From the NCBI GenBank assembly GCA_017461985.1, contig JAFTSA010000001.1, positions 301-64,300 on the forward strand: a stretch of DNA of 64,000 nucleotides, in the 5' to 3' direction. The stretch comes from Clostridia bacterium (GTDB lineage: Bacteria > Bacillota > Clostridia > Christensenellales > CAG-917). Both the position numbers and the translations under genes were made by a program. Positions 18,229-27,450 of the stretch are shown here, piece by piece (within the stretch, counting starts at the first letter, position 1; every line of letters starts with the position of its first letter). The notes under the pieces were generated by a model. It did no database searches, had not been told where the DNA came from, and saw nothing but the letters and a program-made list of their open reading frames with translations.

Positions 18229-19549
18229 ACAAGGATGGTTGTTTTCAGAAACTATAGAAAATCTTGACGACACGTTGCTCAAGATGAAGTGGAAGAGCAA
18301 TGTCCCAGGCTCAAACGCCCCAGAGAGAGTCATTATAGGCGCTATTGCAGACGTTGGCAATATGGGATATAATGTTTCTGAAGCAGAAAAACTTATTGAC
18401 GAGGGCTTGGAATATTACAAAAATAATGATATGCTTGGACTCAATAGGGTCACGTGGCGTATTTGGAATATCCTAAACAACGCTCCAAAGATTGAAGGAC
18501 ACGAATATTTTTCATATGCTGTTTATGATACGTTTGAAAAGTATAAGAACAAAATCAATCTTGACCTTACGTACGATAAGGTTGACAAAGACAGTCAGGA
18601 TTTTCTTGATAGAACATATTATGGCTGGTTGGCGCAAATTGTTGGAGGCGCAATCGGCACTGCCATTGAGGGCTACGTAACCGAGCAGATTGAAAAAGCA
18701 TTCGGCGATATAAATTCGTATGTAAGAACACCAAACACTTACAACGATGACATCACTTATGAGATCGCCTTTCTGGCTGCAGCCGCCCGAAAAGGAAGGG
18801 CAGTGACGTCTGCTGATATTGCAGAGGAGTGGGCTGCGCTTGTGCCTTTTGGATGGTCGGCAGAAGAGTGGGCGTTGAAAAACATAAAAAGCGGAATATA
18901 TCCACCAGAAAGTGGATATTTGAACAATCCTTATCGTGAATGGATTGGAGCGCAAATGCGTGGTGCGGTGTGCGGCATGGTTGCTCCGGGCAACCCGGTT
19001 TTGGCGGCGGAGTACGCATATAGAGATGGTGTAGTGTCGCACTATAATAATGGTGTCCTTGGAGAAATTTTCAATGCAGTTATGGTTTCACTCAGCTACG
19101 TCAAAAAAGATGTGCGAGAAATAGTGGAACTTGCAGTGGAAAGTTATCTTCCCCATGATAGCGAATATTATGGCGTGGTCAAGTTTGCCCTCAATAATTG
19201 CAAAAAGTGCAGTGACTGGAGAACGGCATGGGAGCCTGTAAGAGAAAAATATAAGAGATACAACTGGATTCACGCATATCCAAATGCAGCGTCCGAGGTT
19301 ATTTCTCTGTGGTTCGGCAACGGCGACTTTGACAAAACGATGAACATTTCTTCAATGATCGGATACGACGTTGATTGCAATGCGGCACAAATTGCGACTA
19401 TAATAGGTATAATCAGCAAGGAAAACGCAATGGACGAACGATGGACAAAGCCCATTGGCGACGTACTTAAAACGTATTTGAGAAAATATAAGGAAATAAG
19501 CATTAGATCACTCGCTCAACAGACCGTGGATATTAGCAAAAAAATGTAG
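18158..19549 (+). CDS. ADP-ribosylglycohydrolase-family protein (463 aa)
   Basis: AAAGAGG RBS. Motifs VGGAIGTAIEGY and IGYDVDCNAAQIATIIG resemble the GDALG and DTDTNAA metal-site motifs of the family. Confidence 0.7.
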   Translation: MEKAWEREYKMMCDAVPQVLEEDEQGWLFSETIENLDDTLLKMKWKSNVPGSNAPERVIIGAIADVGNMGYNVSEAEKLIDEGLEYYKNNDMLGLNRVTWRIWNILNNAPKIEGHEYFSYAVYDTFEKYKNKINLDLTYDKVDKDSQDFLDRTYYGWLAQIVGGAIGTAIEGYVTEQIEKAFGDINSYVRTPNTYNDDITYEIAFLAAAARKGRAVTSADIAEEWAALVPFGWSAEEWALKNIKSGIYPPESGYLNNPYREWIGAQMRGAVCGMVAPGNPVLAAEYAYRDGVVSHYNNGVLGEIFNAVMVSLSYVKKDVREIVELAVESYLPHDSEYYGVVKFALNNCKKCSDWRTAWEPVREKYKRYNWIHAYPNAASEVISLWFGNGDFDKTMNISSMIGYDVDCNAAQIATIIGIISKENAMDERWTKPIGDVLKTYLRKYKEISIRSLAQQTVDISKKM

Positions 19550-19557
19550 AGGGAAAT

Positions 19558-20466
19558 ATGCATATGAAGAGAATTTTTGTAATGGGCAGCATGAATATGG
19601 ACATCGTTTTTGAGGTTGAAGGTCTTCCAAAAAATGGCGAAACCATTAATGCTAAAGACTTGCTTGTCAATCCGGGAGGAAAAGGAGCAAACCAAGCAGT
19701 TGCTGCAGCTAAACAAAACGTAGCGGTGACCATGTTGGGCGCAATTGGGAATGACCAGTTTGGCGAACAATTTCTGGCCGAGCTTAAAAACGTCGGGATA
19801 AATGCGCAATTTGTGACCAGAAAAGATTGTAGAACAGGTGTCGCAGGGGTGTTGCTACATCAAGGAGACAATCGAATAATGGTGTATGGCGGTGCAAATT
19901 CAGTCTATAGCTTTGAGGATTTTGCAGATATTTTAACCAAAAATGCTGAAAAAGGAGACATATTTGTAACACAACTTGAAACCAACATTGACGTCGTTTG
20001 TAAGGGATTGAAATTAGCAAAAGAGCTTGGCATGACAACAATTCTCAATCCTGCTCCGGCATCACAACAAATTGTTTCTGCGTTAAAATATTGCGACATC
20101 GTAATTCCAAACGAAATAGAAGCCGAAGTTCTTACAGGAATCCTTCCTTGCAAAGAAAACTACGCTGAGTTGCGTGATAAGTTTAAAAAACTTGGAGCGT
20201 CTTGTGTGATTATTACTTGTGGAAACAACGGAAGCGTGTATTTAAGTGACGATATTGAGCTCTTTGGCGCTTACGAGGTTGACGCCGTTGACACGACTGC
20301 TGCAGGAGATACGTATATCGGAGTTTTGTCTGCCAGTCTTGCAAAGGGCTATTCCATCAGGGATGCCATAAAGTATGCCACAGCGGCATCTGCAATCGCT
20401 GTCACTCGCAAGGGCGCGCAACGTTCTATACCCATGGAAAAAGAAGTGCAAGAATTTCTTAAATAA
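19558..20466 (+). CDS. rbsK: Ribokinase (PfkB family)
   Basis: NPGGKGANQAVAAAK and DTTAAGDTYIGVL motifs, 302 aa. Confidence 0.85.
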   Translation: MHMKRIFVMGSMNMDIVFEVEGLPKNGETINAKDLLVNPGGKGANQAVAAAKQNVAVTMLGAIGNDQFGEQFLAELKNVGINAQFVTRKDCRTGVAGVLLHQGDNRIMVYGGANSVYSFEDFADILTKNAEKGDIFVTQLETNIDVVCKGLKLAKELGMTTILNPAPASQQIVSALKYCDIVIPNEIEAEVLTGILPCKENYAELRDKFKKLGASCVIITCGNNGSVYLSDDIELFGAYEVDAVDTTAAGDTYIGVLSASLAKGYSIRDAIKYATAASAIAVTRKGAQRSIPMEKEVQEFLK

Positions 20467-20506
20467 AACACAATAAACAAGGAATATAAACTTTTTGTTT
20501 ACTATC

Positions 20507-20548
20507 AAATGGAAATCGTTCAAGCAGGAGCGGTTTCCATTTGTTTTT
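20507..20548 (+). terminator. Rho-independent terminator after rbsK
   Basis: aaatggaaatcg / cggtttccattt stem followed by gttttt. Confidence 0.7.
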
Positions 20549-20646
20549 CAAAATCAGATGGTTTTTTTGTTTGGTTGAAATTGATATGGGGTTGTGTTTT
20601 TGAGGAAGTGTGGTATAATGAGGGTAGTAAATGTTTGGAGTGGAGT

Positions 20647-21078
20647 ATGGTTGTCAAAGTCAAAAAGTTGATGGATAGTGCGGTGTTGCCCAAGTATGGC
20701 ACGGAGTTTTCTGCAGGGGCAGACCTTGTCAATGCGGGAGATAGTGTTGTTGTTGAGACTGGCAAGACAGTAATTGTTCACACCGGCATCTCAATGGAAA
20801 TCCCCGTAGGATACGTGGGGCTTGTGCACGCAAGAAGCGGTATGGCAACAAAGCGTGGGCTTGCACCTGCCAACAAGGTGGGCGTCATAGACAGCGACTA
20901 TCGTGGAGAAATTATGGTGGCTTTGCACAATCACGGCGACGAGGCTCAAACCGTTGAAATCGGTGAGAGAGTGGCGCAAATCATCATCGCTCCCTATGTG
21001 ACGGCAGACTTTGTTGAGGGTGACCTTGACGACACTGTTCGTGGCGATGGTGGCTTTGGCTCTACGGGCAGAAAATAA
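20647..21078 (+). CDS. dut: dUTP diphosphatase
   Basis: ATG 20647 after GGAGTGGAG. Motifs AGADL, RSGMATKRG, GVIDSDYRGEI and RGDGGFGSTG. Confidence 0.9.
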   Translation: MVVKVKKLMDSAVLPKYGTEFSAGADLVNAGDSVVVETGKTVIVHTGISMEIPVGYVGLVHARSGMATKRGLAPANKVGVIDSDYRGEIMVALHNHGDEAQTVEIGERVAQIIIAPYVTADFVEGDLDDTVRGDGGFGSTGRK

Positions 21079-21090
21079 CAGCGTATAAAG

Positions 21091-21114
21091 ACCGCCTGAA
21101 AGGGCGGTTTTTTT
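21091..21114 (+). terminator. Rho-independent terminator after dut
   Basis: accgcct-gaaa-gggcggt followed by T7. Confidence 0.8.
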
Positions 21115-21155
21115 GTGGAGAAAAGGTCATTTTCATTTAATAAATGAAATGAGTA

Positions 21156-21184
21156 TTGACAAAGTAGTTCAACATTGATATATT
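21156..21184 (+). promoter_or_regulatory. Sigma-A promoter of the tup operon
   Basis: TTGACA, 17-nt spacer, TATATT. Confidence 0.65.
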
Positions 21185-21209
21185 TTTATTATCGCGAAAG
21201 CGAAATACA

Positions 21210-21308
21210 ACATATCCGATCTTGCTCACCTAAGGCGTGCTGGGCTATGGAGTGCAAGGCGTTAGGGTATGGCGGGAAACGGCCATGCCTCCCATTGTGG
21301 AAAGGAGA
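21210..21308 (+). promoter_or_regulatory. Probable Moco/Tuco (molybdenum/tungsten cofactor) riboswitch
   Basis: The ~120-nt leader contains TCCGA, GGGAAACGG, GCCTCCC (21287-21293) and GGAAAGGAG (21299-21307, also the RBS). These resemble the conserved blocks of the Moco RNA motif as I recall it. It sits upstream of a tungstate/molybdate transporter. Confidence 0.55.
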
Positions 21309-21311
21309 ACT

Positions 21312-22253
21312 ATGAAAAAATTTACAGCTTTTGCACTGGTGCTTTTGCTGGTGCTTTCACTCGTCACGTTTGTGGCTTGCGATCCCGAAACCCCCGACAC
21401 CCCCGATGCACCCAAAGTGGTGAGAATCTCCACAACAACCTCTGTCAACGACAGTGGTCTTATGGCATATCTCCAACCTTACTTTGAAGCACAAACCGGC
21501 TATAAGTGGGAGATTTCCTCAGCAGGCACAGGCGCAGCAATCAACTCTGCAAAATACGGCAACGCAGACGTCATTCTTGTCCACAGCAAGTCACAAGAAG
21601 AAGCATTTGTTTCAGCAGGATTTGGCAGAAAAGTTGAAGGATACGATGCAGAAAGAGTGTCCTTTATGTACAACTACTTTGTTCTTGTAGGACCCACCGC
21701 AGACCCCGCAGGTGCAAGTGATGCAGAAGGTGTCAAGGCAGCATTCAGCGCAATCGCAACCGGCGAACACACCTTTATCTCCCGTGGTGACAAGAGTGGT
21801 ACACACACCGCAGAATTGAAACTTTGGGACGCATCTCTCGGCCTCACCAACGACCCCGCAACAAGCGCAACCTATACTTGGTACGTTTCAGCAGGTCAAG
21901 GTATGGGCGCATGCCTCACCATGGCAAACGAACAAGGTGGCTACTGCCTCACCGACAAAGCAACGTTCCTCTCATACAAGAATCACGCAGACGGTGACAA
22001 ACTCCCCGGCCTTTCAATCCTCTTTGAACAAGACGATGCAATGAAGAACACCTACTCAATGATTGCAGTCAACCCCGACGCACCTTTTGTTGACTCAGTC
22101 ACAGGGGAAGCACTTCCTGCAGGCACTGTCACCATTGACACCACCGCAGCAGACGTCTTCATCAACTGGATGAATAGCGAAACCGCACGCACTCTCATTG
22201 CACAATACGGCATTGAACAATACGGAGCATCCCTCTTTACAGTCATTGAATAA
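21312..22253 (+). CDS. tupA: Tungstate-type ABC substrate-binding lipoprotein
   Basis: AAAGGAG RBS. Lipobox TFVACD. ISTTTSVNDSGL (TTTS motif) and SRGDKSGTH. Confidence 0.8.
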   Translation: MKKFTAFALVLLLVLSLVTFVACDPETPDTPDAPKVVRISTTTSVNDSGLMAYLQPYFEAQTGYKWEISSAGTGAAINSAKYGNADVILVHSKSQEEAFVSAGFGRKVEGYDAERVSFMYNYFVLVGPTADPAGASDAEGVKAAFSAIATGEHTFISRGDKSGTHTAELKLWDASLGLTNDPATSATYTWYVSAGQGMGACLTMANEQGGYCLTDKATFLSYKNHADGDKLPGLSILFEQDDAMKNTYSMIAVNPDAPFVDSVTGEALPAGTVTIDTTAADVFINWMNSETARTLIAQYGIEQYGASLFTVIE

Positions 22254-22945
22254 TGAACGCATTTGAAAAAGCATGGGTCTTGGTGACAAGCCAAGACCCT
22301 ATGCTTCAAAACATCGTAAAGACCACCCTTGAAATGGCATTTTCAAGCTCGGCGATAGCACTTCTTTTAGGAGTGCTAATTGGGCTTGTTGTGGCATACA
22401 ACGATTTCCCCGGCAAGAAGATTGTAGTGGTGATTATGCGCACCCTGATGGGCTTGCCCCCTGTGGTTGTTGGCATAGTGGTGTATATTCTGTTTTCAGG
22501 CACAGGCCCCTTTGGACACTTGAAACTGATATACTCGGTGGACCTTATGATAATTGCGCAGGTGGTGCTCATCACACCTATTGTTGCAGGAATGACTGAA
22601 ACCTCACTTAGCCCCCTCGTTGACAGAATGCGCCCTACACTTAAGGGCCTCAACTTGTCCTTGCCAAAGAAAACCGCGCTGGTGCTTTTTGAAGGCAAAT
22701 ATCAACTGATTGCAGTGTATCTGTTTGCTTTTGCAAGGGCAATATCCGAAGTTGGAGCAATCCAAATCGTGGGTGGAAACATACTGAACAAAACCCGTAC
22801 AATGACCACAGCCATAGCCCTCAACTACAACACGGGTGACTTTTCGTTGGCAGTGGCGCTGGGCATAATTCTCCTTGCCATAGCCCTTGGCGTAAACTTG
22901 GTGGCAGGACTTTTGCAAATAGGATTGAAGAAGAGAAATGATTGA
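22253..22945 (+). CDS. tupB: Tungstate ABC transporter permease
   Basis: The start overlaps the tupA stop. 230-aa polytopic protein. Confidence 0.8.
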   Translation: MNAFEKAWVLVTSQDPMLQNIVKTTLEMAFSSSAIALLLGVLIGLVVAYNDFPGKKIVVVIMRTLMGLPPVVVGIVVYILFSGTGPFGHLKLIYSVDLMIIAQVVLITPIVAGMTETSLSPLVDRMRPTLKGLNLSLPKKTALVLFEGKYQLIAVYLFAFARAISEVGAIQIVGGNILNKTRTMTTAIALNYNTGDFSLAVALGIILLAIALGVNLVAGLLQIGLKKRND

Positions 22946-23609
22946 GATTACCGCACGAAAAAAATATGGTGACAGAGTTGTGCTTGACATTGACAAACTG
23001 CGCTTTGAAAAGGGCAGGGTTTACGCACTTATCGGCACAAACGGATCTGGCAAATCCACTCTTCTGCAAGCCCTTGCAAAGGTGATAGACTTCAAGGGTG
23101 ACGTGAAGGGATTGACCGGAAAGGACGTTGCATATATGCCTCAAAAGAGTTTTGCATTTTCAACCTCTGTGCTTGCAAACGTCACTGCACCTTGCCCCAT
23201 ACACCGCATTTTCACAGAGAGAGCAAAGGCAAAGCGACTGCTCAAATCCCTTGCCCTTGACCACCTTTCAAAGAAGAACGCATCACGTCTTTCGGGGGGT
23301 GAAACACAACGTGTTGCCCTTGCCAGAATGCTTGTTGCACCCCACGACTTTTTGCTCCTTGACGAGCCCTCCGCCTCTCTGGACGTGGAGTCAACCCTCA
23401 TCAGCGAGGAGGTGCTTATGGACTATCTTGAAAGGACAGGCTGCACCCTCATCTTTGCCACACACTCAATTGCACAAGCCAAACGACTGGCAGATGAAGT
23501 TATTGTGCTTGACGGCGGAAAGGTTGTTGAAAGAGGGTTCACAGACCAAGTGCTAGAAAACCCCGAAAACGACAAAACAAGGAGTTTTCTTGAACAATTC
23601 AACAGATAA
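22938..23609 (+). CDS. tupC: Tungstate ABC transporter ATP-binding protein
   Basis: GTNGSGKST, LSGGETQR and LLLDEP motifs. Confidence 0.8.
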   Translation: MIEITARKKYGDRVVLDIDKLRFEKGRVYALIGTNGSGKSTLLQALAKVIDFKGDVKGLTGKDVAYMPQKSFAFSTSVLANVTAPCPIHRIFTERAKAKRLLKSLALDHLSKKNASRLSGGETQRVALARMLVAPHDFLLLDEPSASLDVESTLISEEVLMDYLERTGCTLIFATHSIAQAKRLADEVIVLDGGKVVERGFTDQVLENPENDKTRSFLEQFNR

Positions 23610-23651
23610 AATCCTTGTTTTGCGAAATTACTCAAACAATAAGAGAAAAAC

Positions 23652-23677
23652 AAAAGGTGGCGATTGCCACCTTTTTT
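23652..23677. terminator. Bidirectional terminator between the convergent tup and moa operons
   Basis: A4-ggtggc-gatt-gccacc-T6. Confidence 0.8.
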
Positions 23678-23706
23678 GTTTTTGAAGATTGTAAATTTAA
23701 GTTGAT

Positions 23707-24144
23707 TTAATCCAAAATTTCAATGTCGTCACCGGGGCGGACAATGCCACCTTTCAGCACTTTTGTAAAGATACCTTCACGGGGCATAATGCACACGCCA
23801 ACCGCTCGTGCCACTTCGCAACCTTCGTGAGCGTGACACTTTTTGCCAATCTGTGTCACCTCGTGGATTGTTTCACCAATGCGGAGTTTTGTGCCTACGG
23901 GTAGGGTGTAAAGTTGGATGCCCTCTGTGGTGAAGTTTTCTGCAAACTTGCCTGTGCAAAGTCCGTCAATGCCATATTGTTTCATTTTGGCAATGGACTC
24001 CACTCCAAGAAGACTTATTTGACGATGCCAGTTTCCTGCGTGGGCATCACCTACGATGCCGTGGTCAACACGGCACTCAACTGCGTCAACGGGGTGTTTT
24101 GTTTCGCCTTTCTTTTCACTGATGTTTACTGCAACGATTTTCAT
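23707..24144 (-). CDS. MOSC domain protein
   Basis: GIVGDAHAGNWHRQISLL and PCHAHEGC-like segments typical of MOSC/YiiM-type proteins. It is the last gene of the moa operon. Confidence 0.7.
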   Translation of the reverse strand: MKIVAVNISEKKGETKHPVDAVECRVDHGIVGDAHAGNWHRQISLLGVESIAKMKQYGIDGLCTGKFAENFTTEGIQLYTLPVGTKLRIGETIHEVTQIGKKCHAHEGCEVARAVGVCIMPREGIFTKVLKGGIVRPGDDIEILD

Positions 24145-24145
24145 A

Positions 24146-24610
24146 TTATTCCCTCACAAAACGTCCGCTTTTGCCACCGTCTTTTTCGAGCAAACGGACT
24201 GATGATATTGTCATTGATTTGTCTGCTGCTTTCAGCATATCGTATATGGTGAGGAGGGCGGTGCTGACACCAACCATCGCCTCCATTTCAACCCCTGTTT
24301 TGCCCTCGCAAGCGGCGTATGACGTCACTTTGAGTCCGTCGCTTTCTTCCACAATATCAATTGACACTTTGTCAAGGTTCAAGTTGTGGCAGAGAGGGAT
24401 AAGTTCACTTGTCTTTTTTGCACCCATAATGCCTGCAATCTTTGCAGTTGCAATGACGTTGCCTTTGGGCGCGCCGTCGTGGAGAAGCGCCAGGACTTCG
24501 GGCTTCACAAAGATTTTGCCTTCCGCCTTTGCGTAGCGTTTTGTCACCGCTTTTTCTTCTACGGACACCATATTCACTTGTCCGTTGTTGTCAAGGTGAG
24601 TCAGTTCCAT
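24146..24610 (-). CDS. moaC: Cyclic pyranopterin monophosphate synthase
   Basis: LTHLDNNGQVNMVSV.., IPLCHNL and GVEMEAM motifs, 154 aa. Confidence 0.9.
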   Translation of the reverse strand: MELTHLDNNGQVNMVSVEEKAVTKRYAKAEGKIFVKPEVLALLHDGAPKGNVIATAKIAGIMGAKKTSELIPLCHNLNLDKVSIDIVEESDGLKVTSYAACEGKTGVEMEAMVGVSTALLTIYDMLKAADKSMTISSVRLLEKDGGKSGRFVRE

Positions 24611-25549
24611 TTATCCTCCTATATTGCCCATAGGTCTAGTTTGGGCGTCGGTTTCGTACATAGCGTGGCAAAGGGGCTTTTCCTTCACGACTTCGTCAAT
24701 GCGACGTGAAAGTGCGTCTTCGTCACAGAGATAATTTGTCAAATCATATTCCTTGTTTTCGTGGAGGCAGTTGAGCATTTTGCCGTCTGCGGTCACTCTC
24801 ACACGATTGCACTGAGAACAGAATTTGTGGGATTTTGGTGCGATGAACCCTATCTTCAAGCCGTCGGGGAAAGCATAAGTCCTGCAATTTCCGTCAGTGC
24901 CCACAAGGGTGAGGTTGTGCTTGCTTGTAAGGATGTCGCAAGAGATGAATTTGTCCTTTGCATAGGAGTAGGATGCCTCAAAGGGCATAAGTTCGATGAA
25001 GCGCACGTCCACGCCTTTTTCTGCGCCGAAAAGGGCAAAGTCATATATGCTGTCGTCATTGACACCTTTCATCAACACTGCATTGACTTTGACTTTGTCA
25101 AAACCTGCTTTGAGGGCAGTGTCAATGCCCCTCAGCGCATCCTCAAGATTGCCCCCTCTTGTGACGTCACGGTATACGTCCTTGTCAAGGCTGTCAAGAC
25201 TGACGTTCACCCTAGAAAATCCGCTTTCACGAAGGGTGTCGGCGTATTTAGGCAACAGCACCCCGTTGGTGGTGATGGCAAGGGTATCAAAGCCGATTTC
25301 TTCCAAGTTTCGTGCAAGGATGTCAAAGCCCTTTCTCACAAGAGGCTCACCCCCTGTGACGCGGAGTTTTTTCACCCCTTTTTGGTGAAACACTTGGGCA
25401 ATCAAGGTCAACTCCTCAATGGTGAGGATATGGCGGTGGTCCTTTTTGCACACGCCGTCCTCTCCCATACAATATTTGCACCTAAGGTTGCAAAGGTCGG
25501 TGATGGACAGACGCAGATATTCAATTTTTCTGCCGTAGGAGTCTAGCAC
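24611..25549 (-). CDS. moaA: GTP 3',8-cyclase (radical SAM)
   Basis: LRLSITDLCNLRCKYC cluster, TGGEPL, and C-terminal CSQCNRVRVTADG. Confidence 0.9.
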   Translation of the reverse strand: MLDSYGRKIEYLRLSITDLCNLRCKYCMGEDGVCKKDHRHILTIEELTLIAQVFHQKGVKKLRVTGGEPLVRKGFDILARNLEEIGFDTLAITTNGVLLPKYADTLRESGFSRVNVSLDSLDKDVYRDVTRGGNLEDALRGIDTALKAGFDKVKVNAVLMKGVNDDSIYDFALFGAEKGVDVRFIELMPFEASYSYAKDKFISCDILTSKHNLTLVGTDGNCRTYAFPDGLKIGFIAPKSHKFCSQCNRVRVTADGKMLNCLHENKEYDLTNYLCDEDALSRRIDEVVKEKPLCHAMYETDAQTRPMGNIGG

Positions 25550-27450
25550 TCAATCACCTCAATTTCGCCGGCAAGAGTATGGTCGTATCCGCCGAAGGAG
25601 TCCAGTTCATTTTTGAAATCATCGCTCTTCAAAAATGCGATGAGGTCTTGTATCTTTTTGTCTTTCAGTGAGTCGTATCTCACCAAAAAGTCGTAGCTTT
25701 CTTCTGCAAGAGGGGTGAAGGAAAGGCCAAAGGCCTTGCAGGCTGAAAGCACTGCAACACCTGTGTCAAATGCGCCACCTGCTATGCCTGCGGCAACTGC
25801 AAGGTGAGTGTTGAGCTCCTTGTCATATCCCACAATCTTGCTTGAAGGGATATTGTTGGTTTTTAGGTTGTAGTCCACAAGCAGTCTTGTGCCTGCCCCT
25901 GATTGACGGTTGGCAAAACGAAGACCCTTTTCTGCCACTTCACTGAGGGAGTGCACCTCTTCACCTTGACGGGTGAGGAAGCCTTGAATACGTTTGACAC
26001 ACTTGATAAGTGCCATTTTTTCACCTTTGAAATACTTTTTGACGTATGAAACGTTGTATTCACCGGTTTCGGTGTCAAGAAGGTGTATGGGCGCAACGTG
26101 GCAAGAGCCAGAAAGGAGGGCGGATATGCCTCCCATACTGCCAGTGTGTGATGAGGACGCAGGCAGATGGTTTGCAATGACGTCAACAAGCATATCGTGA
26201 CTGCCGATGAACACAAGGCGGTCTTTGATTTGTGACAGGGGTTTTAATAGTGTCACTTCAACTTCTGTGTCCTTTTCAATGCCCTCAACAAGACGAGGGA
26301 TTTCAAGCAGACCGTCCGCCTTGACAAAACTCATAACTGCCGCAGCACCTCTGTCAAGAGGGGTTGCCACCAGTTTGCCACCAACTTCACCAAGAGCAAC
26401 ACGGACAAATTCCTTTGCCTTGAATGAAGAAGTTGTGCGACGAGTGAGGATTGCCTTCACCTTTTCGGGGGCGGGGCACTTTTCACCGGTCAGTTTCGCA
26501 AGGAGAGGTTTCACCACAAGGGTGAAGACGATATATGCTGAAACAGGATATCCCGGCACGCCCACAACGGGTTTGTCGTCAATTTCACCAAGTATGGTAG
26601 GTTTGCCCGGCTTGATTGCAAGGCCGTGAAGGTGGACCTTGCCAAGTTTTTCAATGATGTGGACGGTGTAGTCCTTTGTGCCTGCAGAAGAGCCTGCATT
26701 GATGACCACTATGTCACACTCTTTGACCGCCTTTTTCACCGCCTCTTCAAGGAGTTTTTCATCGTCGGGCACAACGGGGAAGCGGATAGGCTCTCCGCCG
26801 TAGGTTTTTGTGAGAGCGGCAAAGACGTGGGAGTTTGACTCCATAAGTTTGCCCTTTTTGAGATTCGCGGTGTCATCAATCATTTCACCGCCCGTGGGGA
26901 TAAGTGCCACTTTTGGTGTCTTTGACACAAGGATTTCACCCTTTGTTGCGGACACGATGCATCCCATGTCTTCGGGGCGTATGCGATGAGAGGAGGGCAG
27001 GAGCATTTCGCAAGCGGACACGCTTTCGCCTACGACTCTCACGTGTTGCATTTGATGGGCGGGGGTGATTATTTCAACGATGCCGTCCTCTTTTTGCAGG
27101 ACGTCCTCAATCATAATGACTGCGTCAAAGCCGTCGCTGATTGCACCGCCCGTGTTGATATAGTTGAAATCCACTCCCTCACGGAGAGTGACAGGGGTTT
27201 TTTCAGTTGCACCAAGGGTGTTTTCTGCAAGGACTTCAATTCCGTCCATGGCGGCGGCATTATAAACAGGGTCGCAGAAGTCGGCATACACCGCCTTTGA
27301 AGTTATGCGACCAAGGCCTTCACTTGAAGGCACGACCTCATCGCCTAACCTTTCAAAGTTTGAAAGGTAGGACTCAAGTGCTGTCTCAAAATCGTTGTTT
27401 TCAATGTATCTTTTTCTGTCCATATCAGTCGTTGATGAAAAGGGAAACAT
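25543..27450 (-). CDS. moeA: MoeA-type molybdopterin metal transferase fused to a C-terminal periplasmic-binding-protein-like domain
   Basis: The MoeA N and MoCF domains (SSAGTKDY) are followed by ~230 aa with PBP-like character (IGSHDMLVD..RQSGAGTRLL). GAGGGTGA lies ~9 nt upstream of ATG 27450. An alternative start is at 27423. Confidence 0.75.
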   Translation of the reverse strand: MFPFSSTTDMDRKRYIENNDFETALESYLSNFERLGDEVVPSSEGLGRITSKAVYADFCDPVYNAAAMDGIEVLAENTLGATEKTPVTLREGVDFNYINTGGAISDGFDAVIMIEDVLQKEDGIVEIITPAHQMQHVRVVGESVSACEMLLPSSHRIRPEDMGCIVSATKGEILVSKTPKVALIPTGGEMIDDTANLKKGKLMESNSHVFAALTKTYGGEPIRFPVVPDDEKLLEEAVKKAVKECDIVVINAGSSAGTKDYTVHIIEKLGKVHLHGLAIKPGKPTILGEIDDKPVVGVPGYPVSAYIVFTLVVKPLLAKLTGEKCPAPEKVKAILTRRTTSSFKAKEFVRVALGEVGGKLVATPLDRGAAAVMSFVKADGLLEIPRLVEGIEKDTEVEVTLLKPLSQIKDRLVFIGSHDMLVDVIANHLPASSSHTGSMGGISALLSGSCHVAPIHLLDTETGEYNVSYVKKYFKGEKMALIKCVKRIQGFLTRQGEEVHSLSEVAEKGLRFANRQSGAGTRLLVDYNLKTNNIPSSKIVGYDKELNTHLAVAAGIAGGAFDTGVAVLSACKAFGLSFTPLAEESYDFLVRYDSLKDKKIQDLIAFLKSDDFKNELDSFGGYDHTLAGEIEVIEC

